A stretch of DNA of 64,000 bases from an uncultured delta proteobacterium (GCA_963728565.1 CAVSLC010000013.1:352001-416000); one strand, 5' to 3'. Shown: positions 52,589 to 61,758, counted from the first letter of the stretch. Translations and numbers: made by a program. Notes: a model not told the origin generated them from the letters alone.

Positions 52589-52714
52589 TTCAAAACGTTC
52601 AAGCTGTTTAAATCGTTCGATCCCCCACTTGTTTTTCTCCCTCGTGTCACGGGGGAGGACTTAAGGATGGGCTTGACGGAGCGCAGCGGTTGAGCGACTT
52701 AAACGATTGAACGG
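52589..52714. repeat. Composite palindromic intergenic element (TTCAA/TTGAAC arms with about 9-bp period around a GC-rich inverted core)
   Basis: Left arm ttcaaaacg-ttcaagctg-tttaaatcg-ttcga; core CTCCCTCGTG-T-CACGGGGGAG; right arm ttgagcgac-ttaaacga-ttgaacgg. Confidence 0.7.
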
Positions 52715-52739
52715 TTATCTATCTCAAGGAGGAATACTG

Positions 52740-54245
52740 GTGAGCGCAACAGGTAAAGACCAACAGTGGGAAAAAGAAACAGACGTCATCGTGGTCGGCT
52801 ACGGAGCAGCCGGCGGGATTTCGGCGATCACCGCGCATGATGCCGGCGCAAACGTTTTGCTGATCGAAAAGATGCCCCACCCCGGCGGCATTTCGATTCT
52901 GTCCGGCGGCGGCGTTGCGTTTGCCCATAACGCTGAGGGCGCCTTTCAATACTTGAAGCGCACCTGCAACGGCACCACCCCCGACGATATCTTGCGCAAG
53001 ATGGCTGAGGAGATGGTCGGCATGATCGACTGGGTTACCGATCTCGCCAAGGTTAGCGGTACCGAGCCGACCAAAACCGAGACTCGCGGCCACGGCACCT
53101 ATCCATTTCCCGGCACCAACGACATCGATTCGATCAAGCTCAAGGATTTTCAAGCCTACTCCGATTTTCCCTGGGCCAAGGGACTGCGCGGCGGCGCGCG
53201 GCTGTTCAAAGTCGTCTATGACAACGTCAAGCAACGCCGAATCGAGGTGATGCTATCGACGCCAGCCAAGGAATTGATCACCGGTGATGACGGGGAAATT
53301 ATCGGGCTGGTTGCCGAGCATGACGGTAAGCCGCTGCGGATCAAAGCTAACAAAGGCGTGATCCTAGCCTGTGGCGGATATGAGAACGATGACGCCATGA
53401 AGCTGCAATATTTCGAAGCGCAGCCGGTCTATCCGGTCTATCTCGGCAATACCGGCGACGGTATCAAGATGGCGCAGAAAGCCGGCGCCGGGCTCTGGCA
53501 TATGTGGCACTTTCACGGCGGCTACGGTTTTAAGTTTCCCGAGCTGCCGTTCGCGATTCGCCATGTCTGGGCCGGTCCGCGCAACGAGAACCGTAAAATG
53601 ATCTGGATCGCCGTCGATAAATTCGGCAAGCGCTTCATGGACGAATACCCGCCGGCGCCGCAGGACACCGGCACCCGGTCGCTGGAATTCTATGACGCCG
53701 ACATTCAGGATTATCCGCGCATCCCCTGCTACCTCATCTTTGATGAGGAAGGCAGAAAGTTGGGGCCCATCGGAATCCCCATCGTCAACGACCAGCGCTA
53801 CGACGCGACTTGGAGCGAGGATAATTTCGCCGAGATAAACAAGGGCTGGATCAAAAAAGGAAATTCCCTGGAAGATATCGCCGGACAAATAGATGTGAAT
53901 CCAAGAGTGCTAAGAGCGACGGTAGAGCGCTGGAATTCACTCTGCGAAAACGGCCAAGATAGCGACCACAAACGTCCGCCGAAAACGATGATGCCGATCA
54001 AAAATCCTCCGTTCTATGTCGTCGAAGCTTGGCCGATTGTGAATAACACTCAGGGCGGACCGGAGCATGATGTCGAGCAGCGCGTCCTCGATCCCATGAA
54101 GAAACCGATCCCAAGGCTCTATGTCGCGGGCGAGATCAGCTCGATCTACGGACATCTTTATCTGGAAGCAGGCAATATCACGGAATGCTTCGTCGCCGGC
54201 AAAATCGCCGGTCAGAACGCGGCGGCGGAAAGGGCTTGGGAGTAA
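52740..54245 (+). CDS. FAD-dependent oxidoreductase, fumarate reductase flavoprotein/KstD/TcuA family
   Basis: VVGYGAAG, SGGG, LACGGY, NTGDG, RF.DE, TQGG, LYVAGE; AAGGAGG RBS before GTG. Confidence 0.88.
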   Translation: MSATGKDQQWEKETDVIVVGYGAAGGISAITAHDAGANVLLIEKMPHPGGISILSGGGVAFAHNAEGAFQYLKRTCNGTTPDDILRKMAEEMVGMIDWVTDLAKVSGTEPTKTETRGHGTYPFPGTNDIDSIKLKDFQAYSDFPWAKGLRGGARLFKVVYDNVKQRRIEVMLSTPAKELITGDDGEIIGLVAEHDGKPLRIKANKGVILACGGYENDDAMKLQYFEAQPVYPVYLGNTGDGIKMAQKAGAGLWHMWHFHGGYGFKFPELPFAIRHVWAGPRNENRKMIWIAVDKFGKRFMDEYPPAPQDTGTRSLEFYDADIQDYPRIPCYLIFDEEGRKLGPIGIPIVNDQRYDATWSEDNFAEINKGWIKKGNSLEDIAGQIDVNPRVLRATVERWNSLCENGQDSDHKRPPKTMMPIKNPPFYVVEAWPIVNNTQGGPEHDVEQRVLDPMKKPIPRLYVAGEISSIYGHLYLEAGNITECFVAGKIAGQNAAAERAWE

Positions 54246-54292
54246 TTTTGGGCGAGAGGTACGATCCGTGACGTCCTACTCAACTCGATGAT

Positions 54293-54514
54293 TTAGCCTG
54301 GGTTTGTCTGAATAATCGCCGGTAGCTTGTTGAGGGTGAGTCTTCTTGAGATCAACTTTTCGGCTAGCATTATCGATGTCAATGCCGACTAGATTTTCTT
54401 CAGCGTCATAATCGAGAACAACACCCTCAGTGATCTCTCGGCTTTCGACGCTCGGCCGCTCAGAAAGGTCGATGTAGAGCGAGTCCGCGTGTCGGCATAA
54501 TAATTGAGCTTCAT
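54293..54514 (-). pseudogene. DUF2283-family putative antitoxin with two frameshifts
   Basis: Reconstructed MKLNYYADT/DSLYIDLSERPSVESREITEGVVLDYDAEENLVGIDIDNASRKVDLKK/LTLNKLP. Confidence 0.8.
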
Positions 54515-54872
54515 GGTTTGAATCCTCTATCTGGTAAAGCGTTGTGAAATCGTCACCTTGTCCTCCAACGTGATAACTCTCAGAATCCTGCCTTCAAGCT
54601 CCTCTATCTTGCCCCAAAACCGATAGCGGCCCGTCTTGCGATTCGGTTCTCAGCGGCTCTTCCAAAACCCTAATGCACCAATCCTTTTTCACCTCGTCAT
54701 GGACGCATTCGAAATCAAAGTTGTCTTTCAGGAGATTGACCAAGAACGGATAGTGCTGCACCTGCTCATGGTGAAAGACCTTATCCCGCATCTGATCGGC
54801 AGGGAATCCTCCGAAATTTCGCGTGAAACCGGCGCCTGTGAGTTATAGCGATCCACGGATCTGCATTGCCAT
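54511..54872 (-). pseudogene. Chimeric remnant: SIR2-like N-terminus (in-frame stop) joined to the C-terminal part of a DUF4258/RelE-like toxin
   Basis: MAMQIRGSL*LTGAGFTRNFGGF... then KKDWCIRVLEEPLR.E.QD/GRYRFWGKIEELEGRILRVITLEDKVTI/HNALPDRGFKP; stop overlaps the DUF2283 start (ATGA). Confidence 0.62.
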
Positions 54873-55219
54873 TCAAGCCGCTCCTTTACACTAGCCACAC
54901 TGAAAGTCAGAACAGGCGGCTTTCTCTCTCGCTCTGATGTCTAACTGTTAACTGAGCCGCCAAAGGCGTCGACAAATGCCGATCCGCCTATCTCCGGCGA
55001 CGGCTCTGAAAATGAATACAAATCGTCCGCAATATCGATCGGACAGATCTTGTCAATGTAAGCCTTACGGAAAGCCAACCGCCGCGGCGGGTTATCTCAT
55101 GAACGGTGGCGGGTTATTTCGGCTGGCGCTCGGGTCGCATCAGCAATCAGCCGACTGTTAACGCCTCTCACGCGCGTAATTCATCGGCCGGAGAGGAACG
55201 ACACGCGAAGGAGTCGCGT

Positions 55220-56242
55220 TCACCTTTTCGACACCTGCTCGAAAAAACCGCTGTCGTCGAGCTTCTTCAGAATCGCGTGATTGATCACCATCTCCGGTTT
55301 CACTTTGGCAACCAACGGATCGGATTCGGCGATGAATTCGATCATTGACGCGATACTGGGGACGTCGACGTACGGCTTTGGCGCCATGACCTTGAGCGCT
55401 GCCTGATAATGTTCTTCAGCTTGCGCCACTCGCTCCAGACGCAGGTACTTGGCGATCACCTGCTTAACCCGTTCTTTATTTTTAGGATCCAAGCTGAAGC
55501 TGTTCCCCGCAACAACACCTTTCATTACTCTCTCGACGAACTCATTGTCGCTCTTCAATGTGCGCTCGCGCACGCTCACGGTTTGCTGCGGATAAGCAAT
55601 CGGCAGCTCTGTGAAATCGGCGATGATATTATTGCCCCGTTCTTTCAGCGATGGTCCCAAGCCGGGATTGACAATGATGGCATCGCTGCCTCCCGACTGC
55701 AGCGAGGCCACGCGCGCCCCTTGGTTGCCGATTTGCAGGATGGTAATTTGATCCCGGCGCGCGTCCAGTCCCCAGTGTTTCAGTCCGAGCAAAACCGCAT
55801 GATAGGACGCGGTGCCGGCCTGTGCCGCGCCGATGCGTTTGCCTTTGAGATCTTCGGGCTTCTTCATGCTTGGCGCGCCGATCAGAACGTAATTCATTTT
55901 GTTGACCGTGCCCGCGATCATCGTTAGATCGGCGCCCCGGGCTCGCGCGCTGATTACCGGTTGCCCGGCCATTCCCATAATCGGAATGTCCCCGGAAAGT
56001 AATGCCTGAGCGCCACGCGTGCCGCCTTCGATGAGGATCAAGTCCGCTTCGGTGCCAAAGCGCTTGAAGAAACCTTCCTCCTTCGCAACCCAAATCGGAG
56101 TTTGGTTCGCGCTAAATGAAGAATAGCCCATGAGGAATTTCTGCTGGGCCTGCGATTCTCCGGCGGCGAGCAGCAATGCGATGAGAAATACAGGTCGAAG
56201 ATGTTTCACCACTACTCCGTCGCCATTGAGTCGTTGATTCAA
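55220..56242 (-). CDS. ABC substrate-binding protein, NMT1/SsuA type (true start may be about 30 nt downstream)
   Basis: Signal peptide; PIWVAKEEGFF, DLKGKRIG, KKLDDSGFF. Confidence 0.9.
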   Translation of the reverse strand: MNQRLNGDGVVVKHLRPVFLIALLLAAGESQAQQKFLMGYSSFSANQTPIWVAKEEGFFKRFGTEADLILIEGGTRGAQALLSGDIPIMGMAGQPVISARARGADLTMIAGTVNKMNYVLIGAPSMKKPEDLKGKRIGAAQAGTASYHAVLLGLKHWGLDARRDQITILQIGNQGARVASLQSGGSDAIIVNPGLGPSLKERGNNIIADFTELPIAYPQQTVSVRERTLKSDNEFVERVMKGVVAGNSFSLDPKNKERVKQVIAKYLRLERVAQAEEHYQAALKVMAPKPYVDVPSIASMIEFIAESDPLVAKVKPEMVINHAILKKLDDSGFFEQVSKR

Positions 56243-56269
56243 AGTCGGTTCACGTGTTTCACTGCTGGT

Positions 56270-57361
56270 CTATGGATGCACATCTTGGGTAAACCAGTCG
56301 AGCGGCACTTCGCGCCCCAAGCCCTTTTCCTTGGCGGCTTCGAACACCTTGGCGCCAACGGCGGCAAACTGAACACCGAGGCCGATGTTGTTGACGAATC
56401 CGGTAATTTGCTCTGCCGTTTCCCGCCCCTTGATACGCCCTGTAATCAGTTCGGGTAACGTCGGCAGGGTTTTCCAATCGATGCCTCTTTGCATCGGATG
56501 ATCGCGGAACTCAAAACCGGGCTTTGCCATTTTATTCAGTTGCGACGAGGTGCTGTTGTTTTCCGTCAGATTGGTATGCACCACCAGCGGACGGCATCGG
56601 GCAAGCGCCTCATCGTTGGCTTCATCCCGTTGCATGCAGCTCAGATGCACGCCTTCGGCGAGCGCCTCCGGCCCGAGAAATGGTTTGCGAGCGTTGGTCG
56701 AGGTGACGATGATATCGACATCGCGAACGGCCTCTTCCTGCGAACTCACCGGCACGATTTCCACACCCACCAGCGCCGCCGTTTCAGCGGCGAACCTCTC
56801 TCGATTGGCCCGCGTCGGGCTATATACTTTGATCTTCTTGAGCGCGCGCGCTTCGCAAATGGCCATCACCTGCGTTCCCGCCTGCCAGCCGGAGCCGATC
56901 AGGCCGACGGTTTGCGCATCCGCACGCGCCAGGTATCTCGTAGCCACACCGTTAGTGCCGCCCACCCGCATGCGTTGAATGACGCCATCGTTCATGATCG
57001 CCAAAAGTTCCCCGTCTGCCGAGCTGAAAAGCAAGACAATACCCAGCCAGCGATTGCCCGGCAGAGCCGGTATCTTTTCCCGGCGCATGCCCTCCCCCGC
57101 TTGACGCCAAGCGACGATGTCAGAAGAAAATCTCAAGGCCGCGGTGCCGAAATGCGGCGACGCGCCGCTCATGCTTTTGAGATAGTGGGCCATGGGCGCT
57201 TCGACACTTTGTGCTGCCGAAGTCGGTGAATGGATATCGGTGCGTGAGGCCGCCACGGCTGTGCCTTCGCCAAGCTCCCGGTAAAGAATCTCCAGCGCAT
57301 CCATGCAGGTTTTCATCGTCAGGAGCTGTTCAACTTCTTCATTATTCAGAAATAGCGGCAT
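56270..57361 (-). CDS. Ornithine cyclodeaminase/mu-crystallin family protein
   Basis: G..Q.MRVG, GLIGSGWQA, VYSPT, GLGVQFAA. Confidence 0.9.
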   Translation of the reverse strand: MPLFLNNEEVEQLLTMKTCMDALEILYRELGEGTAVAASRTDIHSPTSAAQSVEAPMAHYLKSMSGASPHFGTAALRFSSDIVAWRQAGEGMRREKIPALPGNRWLGIVLLFSSADGELLAIMNDGVIQRMRVGGTNGVATRYLARADAQTVGLIGSGWQAGTQVMAICEARALKKIKVYSPTRANRERFAAETAALVGVEIVPVSSQEEAVRDVDIIVTSTNARKPFLGPEALAEGVHLSCMQRDEANDEALARCRPLVVHTNLTENNSTSSQLNKMAKPGFEFRDHPMQRGIDWKTLPTLPELITGRIKGRETAEQITGFVNNIGLGVQFAAVGAKVFEAAKEKGLGREVPLDWFTQDVHP

Positions 57362-57430
57362 AACTTCCTCGTGCTCAGGCTGAGATGATTAGTCCGAACT
57401 GTCTCATCGTGACGAAGACAAGCATCTCTG

Positions 57431-58549
57431 CTAGTCCCTGATATCCTGCAGCAGCCACTCCGTCGGAATTTCTCGGCCTAAACCGCGGGCCTTCGCAAGC
57501 TCGTAAACTTTGCCGGCCACGGCAAAAAACTGCGCTCCCTGTATATTGCCCCTTTCTGAGTAGGTAATCTGCTTATTCGAGGTGCGTCCCTTCTTGTTGC
57601 CGCTTAACAGCTCCTCGAGAAGAACAGCGCGGTCCTCGGCAATTACGCCGTGCGCGCGTTTGCCCGCGCGCTTCATCTGAAAATCCGCATTATGGTCGGG
57701 GTTCGCCGCGTAGGTGATGTATTCGTCGGCAAGACCGAACTCCGGCAGCCCCCACGGATGGGGCGCATTGCCAAGCCGCAACGAGACATCGATGCGCTTC
57801 AAGGTATCGTCGTCAGGCTTGCCACCGACGCAGGTGACATGCGTCCCCTCTTCGAGCCATTTACCGATGACGATCGGCACTGATGAATCCGTGCAGCCCG
57901 CGACGATATGCGCGCCTTTATAGGCTTCTTTAGGCTGGCTCACGGGAACTACCTCGATTCCATACTTCTGGCTGACTTCTTTTGCGTATTCCTCCCGATG
58001 CGCTTTGGTCGGGCTGTACACCTGTATTCGTTTGATTTTTCTCGCTAAGAGAAACGATTCGACATGCGAGCGCGCCATCCCGCCCGAGCCGATCATGCCC
58101 ACGACTTCGGCGTCTTCACGCGCCATGTACTTGGTGCCGATGCCTGAGTCGGCACCCACCCGCATGTGTTGCAAGTAACCGTCATTGATCAGCGCCAGGG
58201 GTTCGCCGTTTTGAATACTGTTAAGCAGGATCAAGCCGCAGAATCTTCCTGGTGTTACGCAGTATTTCTCCTGAGTGATCGCACCCTGATATTCCTGCTC
58301 ATAGATAACATCGGACTTCATGCGAATCGCGAAATAGCCGGACATCGATCCGCCTTCCATGGTGCCCCATTGGTAAACCTTGTTGGGGTCCTTCGTCGGG
58401 ATCTGAATGTCGATACGAGGGCGGCAGACCGCCTCCTGGCGGGTCAATTCGGTATAAGCCTGCTCCAGCGCATTCATGGTGACTTCCATGGTGAGCACTT
58501 GTTTCACATCGTCGTTATTGAGGATAAGGGTCATAGGTTTCCTTTGCAT
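57431..58549 (-). CDS. Ornithine cyclodeaminase/mu-crystallin family protein (second paralog)
   Basis: DGYLQHMRVG, GMIGSGGMA, VYSPT, QGAQFFA. Confidence 0.9.
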   Translation of the reverse strand: MQRKPMTLILNNDDVKQVLTMEVTMNALEQAYTELTRQEAVCRPRIDIQIPTKDPNKVYQWGTMEGGSMSGYFAIRMKSDVIYEQEYQGAITQEKYCVTPGRFCGLILLNSIQNGEPLALINDGYLQHMRVGADSGIGTKYMAREDAEVVGMIGSGGMARSHVESFLLARKIKRIQVYSPTKAHREEYAKEVSQKYGIEVVPVSQPKEAYKGAHIVAGCTDSSVPIVIGKWLEEGTHVTCVGGKPDDDTLKRIDVSLRLGNAPHPWGLPEFGLADEYITYAANPDHNADFQMKRAGKRAHGVIAEDRAVLLEELLSGNKKGRTSNKQITYSERGNIQGAQFFAVAGKVYELAKARGLGREIPTEWLLQDIRD

Positions 58550-58589
58550 GACTACCGCTCAAAATTGTATGACTACGGCTCAAAATTTT
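58548..58589. repeat. Tandem 21-bp direct repeat (two copies)
   Basis: ATGACTACCGCTCAAAATTGT / ATGACTACGGCTCAAAATTTT. Confidence 0.85.
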
Positions 58590-58761
58590 ACCGGCTTGCG
58601 CGCAGCTTTGGCGCCTGCCGATGTCGAAGACAGGAAAATTATTCGCGCCAAGTCGCCAAGGCCCAAGCTGGAATCCTTGTTCTTTACCTTGCGCCTTCGC
58701 GTCTTTGCGGAAAATCATCCGTATGAGGTTACAGCTTAACGATCCGCTTGGTTGTTTGCGC

Positions 58762-59763
58762 TTAAAGCTTTTTTCCCCATAGCTTGGTAAAGAACCCTTC
58801 ATCAATAAGTTCCTGCACCAGAGTGTTGTCGAAGAACTGCTCGGGTTTGGCATTTCTAGCCTTGGGATTTTTCTTGCCGATCTCATCCAGGGTAACTTGA
58901 AAACCCGCTGCTTTTACCAGCGGAACCTTCTCTATGAAGTCGAGACCGTAAACCACGCTGCCATCGAGCATTCCTTGGTCTTTGATCTTGGTATAGCGGC
59001 TAAAGATCGCCTTGGTTTCTTCTCTGCGCGTATGCATGAAATGAACGGCCCTGGAGTAGGCCCGCACGTAAGCCTTAGCTTGAGCGCGGCGTTCGCGCAC
59101 GAATTTACGAGTGGTCGTGATCCCGACGTGCAGAAACGGAATATTCTCCGTCGCGAGATTGGCTAGGATGCGCGCGCCGCCCTGCTGGGCTAAATAAGCC
59201 ATCGGCTGCGACATGGCTGCGGCATGGATGGTCTTCTTCGAAAGAGCCGCGGCGATCTCGGGAAGACCGCCGATCTGCACCAACGGCACGTCGCGCACCG
59301 GCTCGAGTCCATATTTGGCCAGAAACATGCGAATGCCGACATCGCCGGAAGCGCCGAAGCGTGTCACGCCCACCGACTTGCCCTTGAGATCGGCGATGGT
59401 TTTAATTTCCGGCGTCGCCATGATGTAGAAGGCTACGACATTGGTGATGCCCCCCATCGCCACCAGATCACCGCCCTGAAGGCTAACGTCGGCGATGACC
59501 TGACCATTAGCCGGTGAGATCACCACCTCTCCCGCAAGCGTTGCCTGAGCTACCGTGGAAGAACTGGGAATATAGACAAGCTCCGTTTCCAAACCTTCCT
59601 GTTTGGCAAAGCCGGCATCCTGAATAATCCAAAATGGCGCGTTAAGAGCGCTGACCGAAGAGTAGGCATGAACGAATTTCTGCGCATACGCGGAGCGGTT
59701 CAAAAAGAGAACTGCAATCGCCATCAGAAACAGCGCTAGAGGATACTTCGAAATTCTTATCAT
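58762..59763 (-). CDS. ABC substrate-binding protein, NMT1/SsuA type
   Basis: Signal peptide AYA-Q; DLKGKSVGVTRFG, F.D..LV.EL..EGFF; clear paralog of 27659..28636. Confidence 0.9.
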   Translation of the reverse strand: MIRISKYPLALFLMAIAVLFLNRSAYAQKFVHAYSSVSALNAPFWIIQDAGFAKQEGLETELVYIPSSSTVAQATLAGEVVISPANGQVIADVSLQGGDLVAMGGITNVVAFYIMATPEIKTIADLKGKSVGVTRFGASGDVGIRMFLAKYGLEPVRDVPLVQIGGLPEIAAALSKKTIHAAAMSQPMAYLAQQGGARILANLATENIPFLHVGITTTRKFVRERRAQAKAYVRAYSRAVHFMHTRREETKAIFSRYTKIKDQGMLDGSVVYGLDFIEKVPLVKAAGFQVTLDEIGKKNPKARNAKPEQFFDNTLVQELIDEGFFTKLWGKKL

Positions 59764-59895
59764 TAATGGCTCCCCTGGATAGAGTGTCTGCCAAAGGTTC
59801 ATCCAGCTGTACAAACGGCTTGCCCCCGTGTCAAGCGAACGCATAGCGACTGGAAGTTTGCATTTCTCTCTTGAGCCACACTATAACGATTAACT

Positions 59896-61096
59896 ATGAG
59901 TATTCGCGGCAAAGCAGCCATTGTCGGAATCGGCGAGACGCCGACGGATCGTCTCGGTTCAAAACCAGGCGAACCGCGTAAATCGAGCGCTCAATATCTG
60001 GCCTGGGCGATGCGTTTGGCGTTGGAAGACGCGGGACTCACTCTCAAAGATCTCAACGGGCAAGGTTTGGGGGTAACGATTCCCACCGCCTATCCACAGC
60101 CGTTTTGGCCCGAAGAGGTCGCGGAAATTCTCGGCATCACGCCGGGACTTCTGCTCGCCGGCAGCACCGGCGGCGCCGGCGCGGTTTCCCTTGTCGGCGG
60201 CATGGCGGCAGCGATCAACTCGGGTCTAATTAATATCGCTCTGTGCATCGGCGCGGCAGCCCCTTTCTCTGAACATTTCGGCGGCGGCATTCAACCCGGC
60301 GACATGCGCGATTTCGAAATTCCCTTCGGCACCATGGGCCCTAACAGCAAAATAGCCATGGTCATGCGCCGCCACATGCACCAATACGGTACGACGTTGG
60401 ATCATCTCGGCAAGATCGCCGTTGCCGGCCGTTATCATGCGAGTTTGAATCCCAGCGCCTACTTGAAAAAACCGATTACGATTCAAGATTATAAAGACTC
60501 GCGATTGGTTGCAGATCCGGTTCGGCTTCTCGACTGCGTGCTGCCGGCTAACGGCGGCAAAGCTTACATCATGGCGTCGCCGCGAACGAGCGAGAAACCT
60601 GCGCAAGCCGCCGGTTTATCTTCGAGGCTTCGGTGAAAGGAGCAATCCATCTTACGGACCGAGAGCCGGCTCTGATTCGCTGATCATGGGTGTCGCCGAT
60701 GCCGGCAGAGTCGCGATGGAAATGGCCGACGTCAAGCACGGCGATATTAGCTTCCTCGAACTCTACGATGACTACATTATCGTGGTTTACTTGCAGATCG
60801 AAGATTTGGGGTTTTGCGCCAAGGGCGATCTCGGCTTCTTTGAACGCACCGATTTTACGATCAGTGGCCAGCTACCGATTCAAACCGGCGGAGGCATGAT
60901 CAATTGCGGTCAGCCTTCGACCGCGGGTGGAACCATTCACGTGATCGAGGCGGTCCGGCAATTGCGCGGCGAAGCTGGCGAACGCCAAGTGGCCGGCGCC
61001 AAAGTAGGCCTGGTTACCGGCCTGGGAGTCCTGCCCTACGGCAAAAATCTCGGCTGCTGCGCCGTGGCGGTTTTCGATACAGAAGGTGATCGGTGA
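59896..61096 (+). CDS. Thiolase-superfamily protein (SCP-x/Ltp2-like); frameshift near 60583
   Basis: AAIVGIGE, HA..NP.A, P.RLLDC, ELYDDY, EDLGFC.KG, GG....G, EAVRQLRG.AG.RQV. Confidence 0.9.
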
Positions 61097-61160
61097 AAGC
61101 GCTCAGGAGCAGTGCAGATCTCTCTCTGTTGTTTTGCGTGCGGATGGCGCGAGCCTCCGG

Positions 61161-61245
61161 TTGTCATCCCGAACGGATGTGAGGGATCTTGGAGCGTTTT
61201 AATTTCGGCCCAAGCAGATTTCTCGCTGTGCGCTCGAAATGACAA
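61161..61245. repeat. REP/MITE-like palindromic element
   Basis: Outer inverted repeat TTGTCAT..CGA / TCG..ATGACAA; inner GAGGGATCT / AGATTTCTC. Confidence 0.75.
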
Positions 61246-61286
61246 ACGAGAGCGGCTTTGTGACAAGTGATCAGTATTTTCTGACC

Positions 61287-61315
61287 TTGAACTTTTGAAC
61301 GGTTGAACGTTGAAC
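61287..61315. repeat. Four TTGAAC copies (related copies at 62206-62220 and 52690-52714)
   Basis: ttgaactt-ttgaacgg-ttgaacg-ttgaac. Confidence 0.7.
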
Positions 61316-61332
61316 CAACCCCCAAGGAACCT

Positions 61333-61758
61333 ATGGCTGAGACCAATCTGCAAAAACCATTACCCGCGATCACCAGCGAAGCGAGACCTTTTTGGGAGGG
61401 AGCAGCGAAGCAGAAGCTTCTAATGCAGCGCTGCCTCGATTGCGCCGCCTATATCTGGACACCGCGGCCGAGCTGTTTCGAATGCGGCAGCGAAAACATT
61501 CAATGGCAAGAGCTCGGCGGCCGAGGAGAAGTTTATTCCTTCACCGTGATTCGGCAGGTCGTTGGGCGCGCGGCATCGCAGGCGTTTGAAAAAGATATTC
61601 CTTACGTAATCGCCTGGATCGACTTGGACGAAGGCCCACGGATGATCACAAACGTGATCGGCTGCCCGGTTGAGGCCGTCAAAGTCGGTTTGAAAGTGTC
61701 TGTGGTCTTCGAACAACAATCGCCGGATATCTGGCTGCCGAAGTTCCGGCCGCAGTGA
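61333..61758 (+). CDS. DUF35 Zn-ribbon/OB-fold protein (thiolase partner)
   Basis: PFWEG, QRC..C, PR..C..C, G.VYSFT, PY....IDL.EGPRM. Confidence 0.92.
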   Translation: MAETNLQKPLPAITSEARPFWEGAAKQKLLMQRCLDCAAYIWTPRPSCFECGSENIQWQELGGRGEVYSFTVIRQVVGRAASQAFEKDIPYVIAWIDLDEGPRMITNVIGCPVEAVKVGLKVSVVFEQQSPDIWLPKFRPQ

